The position numbers and the translations under genes are program-made. A stretch of DNA of 64,000 bases from NCBI GenBank assembly GCA_017432325.1, contig JAFRJJ010000072.1, positions 2,117 to 66,116 of the forward strand. The letters are read 5' to 3'. Of the stretch, positions 48,013 through 57,622 are shown one piece after another (position 1 is the first letter of the stretch; every line of letters begins with the position of its first letter). This stretch comes from Solobacterium sp. Its GTDB lineage: Bacteria > Bacillota_I > Bacilli_A > Erysipelotrichales > Erysipelotrichaceae. The notes beneath the pieces are model-generated. The model was not told where the DNA came from. It did no database searches and was given only the letters and a program-made list of their open reading frames with translations.

Positions 48013-48090
48013 ATCATCAAATGAGAGTTTGATATTTCTTTCCCCCTAATAGAATGAGGACCTGCGTGCTGGCGGGACCTTTTTCTTTTT
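48013..48090 (+). ncRNA. Candidate small regulatory RNA (5' hairpin, C-rich loop, terminator)
   Basis: -10 TATTAT 48004-09; ATCAAA/TTTGAT hairpin; TTTCTTTCCCCCT; GC stem plus TTTTCTTTTT; boundaries estimated. Confidence 0.45.
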
Positions 48091-48252
48091 GCCGGTTTGA
48101 TCAAACCGGCATGCTGTAAATGATGCATATATTCATAATACGATGTGGCTGCTGATATAATTGGATTGTATATAAATGGATTTCAGTGTGAAGTCCGGAT
48201 AATGTATGTATATATTTTTAAACTTCATAACGACAAAGATGGAGCAGATCAT

Positions 48253-49755
48253 ATGAAAACAATATTCGAGTCAGCAGTTACACTTGAAGAAGCAGCTGCT
48301 GTTTCACTTTCCAAACCATATCTTCCGTATCAGCCGTGTCCGGAGTTCTCAAAGCCTCCGAAAAGCGGTGAAATATATCCGATCGAACCGCTTAAGGTGT
48401 TTGATAATGTTTACTGGATGGGGACACATGCCGTCGGTGTTCTTGTGATCGACACAGGTGACGGCTTTATCATGATCGATTCCGGCAGCAGCGATGCTGA
48501 AGCAGCATATATTGCTGAAAGTTTTGCACGTATGGGACTTGATCCTGCCAAAATCAGGCTGATCGTTGTCAGTCACGAACATTTCGATCATTACGGAGGA
48601 GTTCCTTATTTCATCAGAAATGTATGCCCGGATGTCCTGCTTGCCATCAGCAGGACAGGCTGGAACCTGCTCCAGACAGTACCTACAGAATTTGCATTTA
48701 TTGAACCGCGTCCGGAAAAAGCGGATATCCTGGTCGATGACGGCCTCTGCCTGAAACTCGGAGATACGAGACTGTTTTGTGTTTCTACTCCCGGACACAG
48801 CGCAGGATGTCTTTCCTTTATATTCAATTCTTCCCTGCATGGTGAAGAACTGACTGTAGGTGTCATGGGCGGCTCTGCTGTCTGGCCGAACTTCCCCGAG
48901 GCAAGAATGTATCAGAATTCCATAGAATACTTTAAACTGTTCACAGACCTTGCCGGATGCAATGCCTTCTCTGCAGTGCACCAGAGAGAAGAAGTGCTTG
49001 ATCTTGTCAGGGATCACTGGAATAAAGGTACTGCCCATCCATGGGCATGTACGGAAGATACATTCAATGAAGCGTATCTGCAGCCATTCAGAAACAAGGT
49101 ACTGAATACGATTTACAGTGATTTTATCCAGCAGTACCTCATGCCGAACGGAAAACCGGAAGGCAGTCCGCTTCCGTCCCGGAAAGAGCAATTTCTTCGT
49201 ATAAGGAAACAGCAGATGAGTGATCATTTATCTGTATGCGGACATGACTGCCGCATCATCCGGCTGCTGGGGCATGGAAAAGGCGGTTATTCATATCTTG
49301 CTGAATGCGGGGACCGCAATATTGTCCTGAAACAGATCCATCACGAGCCGTGTGATTACTACAGTTTCGGAAACAAGATCGAAGCCGAGTATCATGATTA
49401 CGGACGGCTGAAAGAAGCAGGCATCAGAATTCCGGAAATGCTTGCGATCGACTTTGACGCTGAACGGATCATGAAAGAGTATATTGAGGGTGAAACCGTA
49501 TTTGATCTGGTTCGTTCCGGAGCGGACACTGACATCTATCTCGGACAGGTTCGGAAGATGGCTGCACAAGCCTTTTCGGCCGGATTGAATATTGATTATT
49601 TCCCGACAAATTTCGTGGTAAGGGAAGGATTGCTTTGGTACATAGATTATGAGTGCAATCCATATTCCGATGAATGGAATTTTGAAAACTGGGGAATTAA
49701 ATACTGGTCTGCTACGGATGAATTCCGTGCATATCTTATGCAGGATCATCATTGA
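48253..49755 (+). CDS. MBL-fold hydrolase (B3-like) fused in frame to a small protein-kinase-like domain
   Basis: SHEHFDH, TPGHSAG; then LGHGKGGYSY, VLK, IDYFPTN, IDYE; RBS GGAG before ATG 48253. Confidence 0.75.
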   Translation: MKTIFESAVTLEEAAAVSLSKPYLPYQPCPEFSKPPKSGEIYPIEPLKVFDNVYWMGTHAVGVLVIDTGDGFIMIDSGSSDAEAAYIAESFARMGLDPAKIRLIVVSHEHFDHYGGVPYFIRNVCPDVLLAISRTGWNLLQTVPTEFAFIEPRPEKADILVDDGLCLKLGDTRLFCVSTPGHSAGCLSFIFNSSLHGEELTVGVMGGSAVWPNFPEARMYQNSIEYFKLFTDLAGCNAFSAVHQREEVLDLVRDHWNKGTAHPWACTEDTFNEAYLQPFRNKVLNTIYSDFIQQYLMPNGKPEGSPLPSRKEQFLRIRKQQMSDHLSVCGHDCRIIRLLGHGKGGYSYLAECGDRNIVLKQIHHEPCDYYSFGNKIEAEYHDYGRLKEAGIRIPEMLAIDFDAERIMKEYIEGETVFDLVRSGADTDIYLGQVRKMAAQAFSAGLNIDYFPTNFVVREGLLWYIDYECNPYSDEWNFENWGIKYWSATDEFRAYLMQDHH

Positions 49756-49776
49756 TACAGGGAACGGAGGAAGACC

Positions 49777-51030
49777 ATGAAAAAAAGATTATCTCTTCTT
49801 ATTTCAGCAATGGTATTGCTGAGCGCATGCGGTTCCGGACAGAAACAGAATGAGAGTACGCCTGACGCAAAGCCTTCTGAGACACCGGAAATTCAGGAAA
49901 CAGCTCATGCACAGAAAACACCGTATACGGGAACTGATCCGGTCTCTGCAGTATGGAGAAATGAGCTGGATAAAGACCTGGATTATCTTCCGGATATTTA
50001 TTACGCGGAAGGGGCGGATGCAGAAAACATGATCGTCTTCCGGACGGAAACGCCGGTAACAGACTTTACTGTTCTGTCGATGTTCCTGAAAACAGTGGAC
50101 GCCAGCGGTGTACCTGAATATCTTGTATCAGAACGGTATCACCTGGATGAACTGACGCCTGAACATCCGCTTCTGACTTCCCTTGTATTCAGCGGTGATC
50201 TTCCGAACAACGGGATCAGCTATGTGGACCATGAGGGAAACGAACGCTGGTTCAGTGTCGAACTCAGCGGGAAAGACGGATCACTGCTTCTGAATGAGAT
50301 GACATCAGAAACAAACGACAATTTCAGCTATGAGATGGAAGACTATGAATTTATCAGGATCGCGCTCCTCGGGCAGGTACATGAATACAACAGTGTGGAT
50401 AATGTAATGTCCAGACCTGCGCAGGATCCTCTGCTGGAACCTGCATTGTCGATCCCTGAAGAACGGATCATATACGGTGATCAGGGAAAACGCGAGAACA
50501 ATATTTACCTGATCATTCCGAACAAGGATATAGAGCTTCAGGTCGGTAAATATGATATTGCGTCCGGTGAGATCAGGGATGTGCTGTATCAGGGATATGA
50601 GCCGATCCTGTATGTGGAGACTGCGCAGCAGACAGATCCTGCAGGTGTGATCATTGCGTCATTTGGAAATGATTATGTAAAAATACCGACAGGTCTTGAT
50701 GTGTTTGACGGTGTTCTGAGAACAGCCTACCAGATGGGTGCTGTGGATATCACACCGTACCAGATACTGGACGGATCGGAAAAACCTGTCTACGGCATGG
50801 CATATTATGACTGCCTGACAATGAGAGAAGATATTCAGAATATCATTGTTTCAGGCGGAAAACTGTATCCGATGCAGGAAGCCTCCATCAAGGGACACTA
50901 TTATGGTGTGTTCCTGCTGGAGGACAAAGATGGAAACCGGTCACTGTATGCAGTCAGAGAAGATGAATCATTTAAATTCCATATCCTGACAGCAGATGAA
51001 TACGGAGCGAACTGGCACGAAATAGACTGA
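49777..51030 (+). CDS. Hypothetical lipoprotein
   Basis: Lipobox LSAC; RBS GGAGG. Confidence 0.7.
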   Translation: MKKRLSLLISAMVLLSACGSGQKQNESTPDAKPSETPEIQETAHAQKTPYTGTDPVSAVWRNELDKDLDYLPDIYYAEGADAENMIVFRTETPVTDFTVLSMFLKTVDASGVPEYLVSERYHLDELTPEHPLLTSLVFSGDLPNNGISYVDHEGNERWFSVELSGKDGSLLLNEMTSETNDNFSYEMEDYEFIRIALLGQVHEYNSVDNVMSRPAQDPLLEPALSIPEERIIYGDQGKRENNIYLIIPNKDIELQVGKYDIASGEIRDVLYQGYEPILYVETAQQTDPAGVIIASFGNDYVKIPTGLDVFDGVLRTAYQMGAVDITPYQILDGSEKPVYGMAYYDCLTMREDIQNIIVSGGKLYPMQEASIKGHYYGVFLLEDKDGNRSLYAVREDESFKFHILTADEYGANWHEID

Positions 51031-51044
51031 ACTGAAACAGCGAT

Positions 51045-51072
51045 AAAAAAATCCCAAATTTGGGATTTTTTT
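51045..51072. terminator. Perfect 28-bp palindrome, bidirectional terminator
   Basis: A7-TCCCAAATTTGGGA-T7 between convergent genes. Confidence 0.75.
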
Positions 51073-52012
51073 AACTGAAATATACGAACGGATCATCCGG
51101 TCCTTTATAATGCTGGATCTTATCCGCATACAGGACCAGTGTCTTTCCGCCGTTCTCAACAGGCAGCTCTTTCAGTGTGCCTTCGACCTGGACCCACATG
51201 CCTTTTTCCATTTCCCAGATCTTGACGCCTGTAACGGTAATACCGCAGAGGGATGTATCTGCCTCACAGCATACCATAGCTCTTCTTCCGAGAATGAATG
51301 TCTGCTTGTATCCGGGAAGGTCTTCCGCGTACATACCGCGCAGGATCACTTTCTTGCCGTTGTATTTATCGGGGTTGTCTGCCGCGTCCATATACCAGAG
51401 ACCATAGTCATCATCCTTGACGTCGATGACAGGGGAATTGATATCGAACGGCAGCAGCCCGTTTTTCAGTTCGACAGGTTCTCCGAAGTTTCCTTCGTAG
51501 AAGATCTGCGCGCGCTTGTTGATCGCCTTGATGTTTCCGCGCAGCAGGGAACCGGAAGTCTCCGGAGTGCAGCGGTTGCAGATGACGACATCACTCCATC
51601 TGAGCTGTTCAAACATGAGGCTTCTCATATTTGAAATGTATACAGGGAATGTTGAAGCATCCACAGTTGTCAGGATCTCGACCAGAGGCCAGTAATCCGG
51701 CATACCTGTTAGCAGTGTTTCCGATACGGATTCGCTGCCGTTATACTCAATGAATACCTGATCCGGATGGTACAGGGTATCCAGTTCATGCATCTTCTCA
51801 ACAGTCAGCTGTGTCGAAGCATCCAGGAACTCGATGAATGCGTTGTGTTCATCCAGAAATTCATTCGTATATTCCGTTTCACCCTGTTCAAAGCAGATGA
51901 TCAGTGTCCTGGAAATACCATCCATGAACTGCTCATCATTCAGCGTATCTTTGATCAGAGTCGTTTTACCGCTGTCCAGGAATCCGGTAAAAAGATAAAC
52001 CGGACAAGCCAT
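51071..52012 (-). CDS. CobW/COG0523-like GTPase domain fused to a DUF1980-like C-terminal domain
   Basis: TGFLDSGKTT, IEYNG; C-terminal RRAMVCCEAD, WVQVEG; TAATG overlap with upstream gene. Confidence 0.75.
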   Translation of the reverse strand: MACPVYLFTGFLDSGKTTLIKDTLNDEQFMDGISRTLIICFEQGETEYTNEFLDEHNAFIEFLDASTQLTVEKMHELDTLYHPDQVFIEYNGSESVSETLLTGMPDYWPLVEILTTVDASTFPVYISNMRSLMFEQLRWSDVVICNRCTPETSGSLLRGNIKAINKRAQIFYEGNFGEPVELKNGLLPFDINSPVIDVKDDDYGLWYMDAADNPDKYNGKKVILRGMYAEDLPGYKQTFILGRRAMVCCEADTSLCGITVTGVKIWEMEKGMWVQVEGTLKELPVENGGKTLVLYADKIQHYKGPDDPFVYFS

Positions 52013-53337
52013 TACTTCACCCCGAACAGGCGTTTGATCTCTTCAATATCGACCTTTTCACCGATGACAGTGATCAGACCTGTATAGGCAGGATTGCCTT
52101 TACGGATATCCAGATCACCGGGAACATAGTCGAAGAACAGCCAGCTTCCTTCTGTGTCAGGAACGATACCTTTCGCACGGACAATGTTTTCGCCCAGTCC
52201 GTTCAGCGCAGTGCGCAGTTCATCTTCCGTATACTTGTTGATCGTTTCAATACCGATGGAATCAAACACTTCATCCGCATCATGTTCACCATGGTGATGG
52301 TGGTGATGATGGAGAGGGTGATCATCATCTTTGCTCAGACGGACACGGTTGCCTTCGGACAGACCCTCATTAGCGGCAGCTTCCTTGGCAGCGTTGTCAT
52401 TATGGTGATGATGGTGGTAATGCTCGTGCTCATCTTCGTCATCATCGTCGTCATGATGGTGGTGATGCTCATGCTCATCTTCATCGTCATCATCGTCGTG
52501 ATGGTGGTGATGTTCATGTTCATCTTCATCGTCATCATCGTCGTCATGATGGTGGTGATGCTCGTGTTCATCTTCATCATCATCGTCGTGATGGTGGTGA
52601 TGTTCATGTTCATCCTCATCATCATCGTCGTGATGGTGGTGATGTTCATGTTCATCCTCATCTTCATCATGGTCGTGATGATGTTCATGTTCGTGCTCTT
52701 CTTCCTCTTCTTCGTCCTCATCCGGTCCGAGATCTTCAGGGAATCCATCGCTGGAACCTGTCATTGCTTCGAAAATCGCCTGACCTGTCAGATCATCCCA
52801 CGGTGTAGTGATGATACGTGCCTCAGGATTGAGTTCATGGATGATATCCACAGCAGCCTGCAGCTTTTCAGCGGATACCATCTGTGTTCTGGAGAGGATA
52901 ACGCATGCTGCGGTAGCGATCTGATCATCGAAGAACTCCTTGAAGTTCCTGTGATAGACCTGGCATCTTGCAGCATCCACAACAGTCACATAGCTGTCGA
53001 GGTCAATGCCTTCGATCGGACGGATGGCTTTCAGGATATCGGAAAGCTTTCCGACACCGGACGGTTCAATGACGATCCTGTCCGGATGGTAGTTTTCAAG
53101 AACCTGCTGCAGAGCAGCCTGGAAATCGCCTTTCAGTGTGCAGCAGATGCATCCGCTGTTGATCTCCGTGATCTCGATCCCGGCTTCCTTCAGGAATCCG
53201 CCGTCGATACCGATCTCGCCGAATTCATTTTCAACAAGTACGATCTGCTGACCCGGGAATACTTCTTTCAGCAGTTTTGATATCAGAGTGGTTTTTCCGG
53301 CTCCGAGAAAACCGGATACAACATCAACTTTTGTCAT
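52012..53337 (-). CDS. CobW/COG0523 metallochaperone GTPase with long His/acid tandem repeat
   Basis: SGFLGAGKTT, ENEFG, GCICC, IEPSGVG, RAKG. Confidence 0.9.
   Translation of the reverse strand: MTKVDVVSGFLGAGKTTLISKLLKEVFPGQQIVLVENEFGEIGIDGGFLKEAGIEITEINSGCICCTLKGDFQAALQQVLENYHPDRIVIEPSGVGKLSDILKAIRPIEGIDLDSYVTVVDAARCQVYHRNFKEFFDDQIATAACVILSRTQMVSAEKLQAAVDIIHELNPEARIITTPWDDLTGQAIFEAMTGSSDGFPEDLGPDEDEEEEEEHEHEHHHDHDEDEDEHEHHHHHDDDDEDEHEHHHHHDDDDEDEHEHHHHHDDDDDDEDEHEHHHHHDDDDDEDEHEHHHHHDDDDDEDEHEHYHHHHHNDNAAKEAAANEGLSEGNRVRLSKDDDHPLHHHHHHHGEHDADEVFDSIGIETINKYTEDELRTALNGLGENIVRAKGIVPDTEGSWLFFDYVPGDLDIRKGNPAYTGLITVIGEKVDIEEIKRLFGVK
52395..52725 (-). repeat. Coding tandem repeat, about 7 units of 42-48 bp (HEHHHHHD4-6EDE)
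   Basis: Repeated gtgatggtggtgatgttcatgttcatcttcatc on the plus strand; boundaries approximate. Confidence 0.9.
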
Positions 53338-53432
53338 AATTCTGTATTCTCCTTTGCCCACTCATTATATACCAGTTGTCAAATATGTATCCTGATTTGA
53401 CCGCGTAAAAAGAACAGAAGCTGATCTGTTCC

Positions 53433-54107
53433 TTACTCCGGATTCACGATCCTGTTAAACAGCATGCTGAACTGACCGTCAAAATCCATGTCTTTATGAT
53501 AATGTCCGAAATACCAGTGGCCGAAGTCTGTCCTTTCCCGGACTTCTTCGAGGTATCTGTTGAGCTGATCTCCTTTGGCTACCGGGACGATCGTTCTCAG
53601 GATGCTCATGGGAGCACAATGACTGACAATATAGTCAGCGTGCCAATGATGTGCCTCCAGATTCCGGAAGCCTTCTTCCATTTCTGCTTCAGTCGGCATT
53701 TCCTGAGGCCACCAGCTGATATGGATCTTCCGCATGCCTCTGTCCATAGATGTACCGCCGCCGAACGTGAACCATGTTTTTCCGTCGATCTCATACATCT
53801 GTCCGCGCATCAGATGAAGAAGGTTGCTGCGGACACGGTGGACCTTTCCGCCATGCCACAGTTCTACCGGAAGGGCATTGATCAGATCGAAATTTTCATG
53901 GTTCCCGTCTATCCACAGAACCGTCATCGGAAGGGAACCAAACCAGTCCAGCAGCCTGGCATCACGTTCATCACCTGTCCAGATACAGCCGAAATCCCCG
54001 GCTATGAACAGATAATCATCCCTGGTTTTACCTTCATAGCTGAAATTCTGAGGAAGTATCTTCGCAATATCCTGCGTTCTGTGTATGTCACCTGTCAGAT
54101 AGATCAT
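53433..54107 (-). CDS. Calcineurin-like metallophosphoesterase
   Basis: GDIH, GDFG, GNHEN, SHCAP, FGHYH. Confidence 0.9.
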   Translation of the reverse strand: MIYLTGDIHRTQDIAKILPQNFSYEGKTRDDYLFIAGDFGCIWTGDERDARLLDWFGSLPMTVLWIDGNHENFDLINALPVELWHGGKVHRVRSNLLHLMRGQMYEIDGKTWFTFGGGTSMDRGMRKIHISWWPQEMPTEAEMEEGFRNLEAHHWHADYIVSHCAPMSILRTIVPVAKGDQLNRYLEEVRERTDFGHWYFGHYHKDMDFDGQFSMLFNRIVNPE

Positions 54108-54254
54108 AGCCGCCGTCTCTCCTGTATGAATCATCTCACGAAATACATACCTTGTGCAAAAAAGATATACCCATGAATTGACAGGGAAGGTGCGCAGTAT
54201 ACGACAGTAAGAAACTGTTCAGTTTACCTACAATATATACAGGCGGTGAATATC

Positions 54255-55451
54255 ATGAAATTTGATCGGGAATTTTTGAAGAATCAGGTGTTTGAAGACA
54301 GTCTGCTGACTGTGAACTGGTATCCGGGCAAAGGATACCTGCCTTCCAGTGCTTTCAAATGCACGGAATATCTGGAAAACGGCGATGTCGTGATCAGGAT
54401 CGGCGCTCCTGAAGCACATGAAGTTAAGATCATAGCGCAGTTCGGCAATCCGGATGCCAACGGGTACTGTCCATGGCAGGATGATCCGGTATACGGAGTC
54501 AAGGATGAAGAAGGCATCTTTACCTGCGTGCTGCCGTTCGGCAGGACACATACAGGGAGCAGAAGCCTGAAGGTATATATTGACGGGACACTTGTCATAT
54601 GGCCGTACCTTCCCACAGCCTTCGGATCCAACCGTATCCAGAATTTTATCGAGATCCCGGATCATGACATGGCATTCAGTTATATTTACAACGTTCCCCA
54701 CGGGGCAGTGATCTCACAGAAATACCATTCCACAGTGACCGGCAAAGAAGAACGGTGCATGATCTATACGCCTCCGGGTTACCAGAAAAACAATGAATCA
54801 TATCCTGTTCTCTACCTGCTTCACGGAGGAAGCGACAATGAAACATCATGGTTTACCAGGAACAGGATCCAGGATATTCTCGACAACCTGCTGGCAGAAG
54901 GGGAATGCGTTCCGTTTATCGCTGTCGCGATGAACGACATGTATACATTCGGGGAAGACTCTGCCGAACGTTCATGGAATCATGTGGACGGCAGTACGGA
55001 AGCGGTCCTGACAGAGGACCTGATCCCGTTTATCGATAATAATTACCGTGTGAAGACCGATAAATGGCACAGGGGCATCGGCGGTCTGTCACTCGGCGCG
55101 CTGCAGGCATGTGACTGCGGCTTCCGTCATCCGGAACTGTTCGGCAATATGATATTCCTGACCAGCATCCTGTATCATGAACAGTACAGAAACACGCTGG
55201 GCAGACCGTGGGAGGAAGCGCTCAGGCATCCTGAACAGACCGCAAAGGATTACCGTTTCATCTTCTGCTCCGCCACACCGCAGGAAGATCATTTTGATTA
55301 CTTCAAAAATGATGAAAAACTGATGAAAGAGGCAGGTCTGGAAGAACTGATGGACGGCTATGTCAGGGAAGCGCATGACGGAAGGTTTACCAGATGGTGC
55401 AGCTGGAGGATCGGCTTCCGGGATATGGCAAAACTGATCTTCCGGGACTGA
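54255..55451 (+). CDS. Esterase (CE1/enterochelin-esterase-like) with Ig/CBM48-like N-domain
   Basis: IYTPPGY, YPVLYLLHG, GGLSLG. Confidence 0.85.
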   Translation: MKFDREFLKNQVFEDSLLTVNWYPGKGYLPSSAFKCTEYLENGDVVIRIGAPEAHEVKIIAQFGNPDANGYCPWQDDPVYGVKDEEGIFTCVLPFGRTHTGSRSLKVYIDGTLVIWPYLPTAFGSNRIQNFIEIPDHDMAFSYIYNVPHGAVISQKYHSTVTGKEERCMIYTPPGYQKNNESYPVLYLLHGGSDNETSWFTRNRIQDILDNLLAEGECVPFIAVAMNDMYTFGEDSAERSWNHVDGSTEAVLTEDLIPFIDNNYRVKTDKWHRGIGGLSLGALQACDCGFRHPELFGNMIFLTSILYHEQYRNTLGRPWEEALRHPEQTAKDYRFIFCSATPQEDHFDYFKNDEKLMKEAGLEELMDGYVREAHDGRFTRWCSWRIGFRDMAKLIFRD

Positions 55452-55457
55452 AGACAT

Positions 55458-55485
55458 AAAAAAATCCGCTGAACGCGGATTCTTT
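55458..55485. terminator. Bidirectional terminator between esterase gene and tRNA-Leu
   Basis: AAAAAAATCCGC/GCGGATTCTTT. Confidence 0.7.
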
Positions 55486-55492
55486 ATTTAAA

Positions 55493-55576
55493 TGGTGCAC
55501 CAGACAAGACTTGAACTTGCACGGGTCGCCCCATACGCCCCTCAAGCGTACGTGTCTGCCATTCCACCACTGGTGC
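55493..55576 (-). tRNA. tRNA-Leu, anticodon GAG
   Basis: GCACCAG..TACGC TTGAGGG GCGTA, long variable arm, TTCAAGT T-loop, CTGGTGC A CCA. Confidence 0.93.
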
Positions 55577-55623
55577 GTGCTTAATCATTATACATACACC
55601 TGTGGGTTTCGTCAAAATATTTT

Positions 55624-57465
55624 TTACTCAACAGTAACGGATTTTGCGAGATTTCTCGGTTTATCAACATTGAGTCCTTTTGTGACACTCAGATAATAAC
55701 CGAGAAGCTGCAGCGGGATGACTGCCAAGCTGGTCGCGAAATGCGGATCGGTCTTCGGAATGTATACGGTGAAGTCCGCCGAATCCTCGATACTGTAGTT
55801 GCCGTAGCTTGTAATGCCCATGAGGTACGCGCCTCTGGTCTTGCACTCCAGCATATTGGACAGTGTTTTTTCATACAGTTCCTTCTGTGTCAGGGAACCG
55901 ATGACCAGCGTACCGTCCTCTACCAGGGAGATCGTACCGTGCTTCAGTTCACCGGCCGCGTATGCTTCGGAATGAATGTAGCTGACTTCCTTCATTTTCA
56001 GGGAGCCTTCCATCGTAATGCCGTAGTCAATGCCTCTGCCGATGAAGAAGATATCCTTGGCATTGGAGAACTTTGCGGCAAACCACTGGATGCGCTCTTT
56101 GTCTTCCAGGATGCGTTCGATCTTGTAAGGGAGCGTTCTGAGTTCTGCGATCATCTGGTCGCGCTTTTCCGCATCGATCGTGCCTCTGATCTCGGCAAAC
56201 CTGATCGCCAGCAGGTAAATGCAGATCAGCTGTGCGCTGTATGCCTTTGTAGTAGCTACCGCGATCTCGGGGCCGGCCATCGTATAGAAGACATGGTCTG
56301 CTTCCCTGGCAATGGAAGAACCGATGACATTGACGATGCCAAGTGTCGTGATACCCCTGGACTTTGCTTCACGCAGGGCAGCCAGGGAGTCGGCGGTTTC
56401 ACCGGACTGGCTGATGATAATGACAAGGTCGTTGGGATCCAGGATGGGATTCCTGTAGCGGAATTCACTTGCCAGTTCAACTCTGACCGGGATCCTGCAC
56501 AGATCCTCAATAATATACTGGGAAACCATTCCGACATGGTACGCGCTGCCGCAGGCAACGATGTGGATCTGTGTATATTTCCTGATCTCATCCTCATCGA
56601 TGCCCAGAGGAGAAAGGTCGATTCTGCCTTCCTCATCTACAGAAGTGTTGATCGTATCGCGGACAGCTTTGGGCTGTTCATGGATCTCTTTGATCATGAA
56701 GTGCTCGAATCCGCCTTTTTCGGCAGCTTCAGCGTCCCACGTGATCTCTTCAGGTTCCTTCTCGATCAGTTCATGGTCAATATTGAAGAATTCGACTGTT
56801 CCCTTGCCGAGTCTGGCAATTTCCATATTATCGATAAAATATACATTTCTTGTATATTTCAGGATCGCGGGAACATCACTTGCCATATAGGTCTCGTCAC
56901 CGGCAATGCCGATAACCATCGGGGAATCCTTTCTGGCTGTATAGATCTCATTGGGATAATCCTTGAAGAGCACAGCAAGGGCATAGGAACCCCTGATACG
57001 CATCATCGCCCTGGCGATGGCATCCACGGGACCTCCCTTGTATTTCTTGTAGTAATAGTCAATGAGCTTGACGGCGATCTCCGTGTCTGTCTGGGAATAG
57101 AACTTGTAGTCATGTCTCAGCAGCTTGGCCTGAAGCTCTTTATAGTTTTCAATGATACCGTTATGTACAGCAACGACATTGCGGTCATCACTGCAGTGAG
57201 GGTGCGCGTTGTTTTCGTTCGGCTCCCCGTGCGTCGCCCATCTGGTATGACCGATGCCGCATGTGCCCTGCATGGCAATGCCGCCATTGGTCTTTTCATA
57301 CAGCGCACGGAGCCTGCCTTTCGCTTTGACCAGTTCTACATCATTTGCGTCATTTCTGACGGCGAGACCGGCTGAGTCATACCCGCGGTATTCCAGTTTG
57401 GTGAGTCCCTCCAGAAGGATCGGGGCAGCCTGCTCATATCCGTTAAATCCTACGATGCCACACAT
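55624..57465 (-). CDS. glmS: Glutamine-fructose-6-phosphate transaminase
   Basis: MCGIVG, LEYRGYDSAG, GHTRWATHG, PRNLAKSVTVE. Confidence 0.98.
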   Translation of the reverse strand: MCGIVGFNGYEQAAPILLEGLTKLEYRGYDSAGLAVRNDANDVELVKAKGRLRALYEKTNGGIAMQGTCGIGHTRWATHGEPNENNAHPHCSDDRNVVAVHNGIIENYKELQAKLLRHDYKFYSQTDTEIAVKLIDYYYKKYKGGPVDAIARAMMRIRGSYALAVLFKDYPNEIYTARKDSPMVIGIAGDETYMASDVPAILKYTRNVYFIDNMEIARLGKGTVEFFNIDHELIEKEPEEITWDAEAAEKGGFEHFMIKEIHEQPKAVRDTINTSVDEEGRIDLSPLGIDEDEIRKYTQIHIVACGSAYHVGMVSQYIIEDLCRIPVRVELASEFRYRNPILDPNDLVIIISQSGETADSLAALREAKSRGITTLGIVNVIGSSIAREADHVFYTMAGPEIAVATTKAYSAQLICIYLLAIRFAEIRGTIDAEKRDQMIAELRTLPYKIERILEDKERIQWFAAKFSNAKDIFFIGRGIDYGITMEGSLKMKEVSYIHSEAYAAGELKHGTISLVEDGTLVIGSLTQKELYEKTLSNMLECKTRGAYLMGITSYGNYSIEDSADFTVYIPKTDPHFATSLAVIPLQLLGYYLSVTKGLNVDKPRNLAKSVTVE

Positions 57466-57622
57466 ATTACTAACCTCCTGCCATGCGTTCAGCGGTTCAT
57501 TTAACGGAGTTATTATATAACATGCATGCACGTCATTTACAGTAAAAAACTTATTGTAAATATGTTTGTTGTGTTTTGGCCCTCAGTCATTTATAATAGT
57601 GAACGCTTCGAGGTGATATGCG

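Noticed and set aside
52395-52725. Tandem repeat as a possible CRISPR array
   Set aside because: It is in-frame coding with no unique spacers, and no cas genes are present.
52282-53280. Hydrophobic Met/Val/Ile repeat ORF on the plus strand
   Set aside because: It is simply the reverse complement of the His/Asp/Glu codon repeat in the CobW gene.
47034-55576. Genomic island integrated at the tRNA-Pro, tRNA-Arg or tRNA-Leu genes
   Set aside because: No integrase, and no duplicated tRNA 3' end was seen in the window.
55741-57375. 544-aa ORF antisense to glmS; similar long shadows at 3477-4433, 17442-18545, 44797-45639 and 11029-11940
   Set aside because: They overlap well-supported genes on the opposite strand, show no recognisable motifs, and are expected from codon bias that depletes antisense stops.
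57466-57622. Expected glmS ribozyme upstream of glmS
   Set aside because: The intergenic region is 157 nt, shared with the typA promoter. A TATAAT lies about 45 nt from the glmS start and no ribozyme core is visible.
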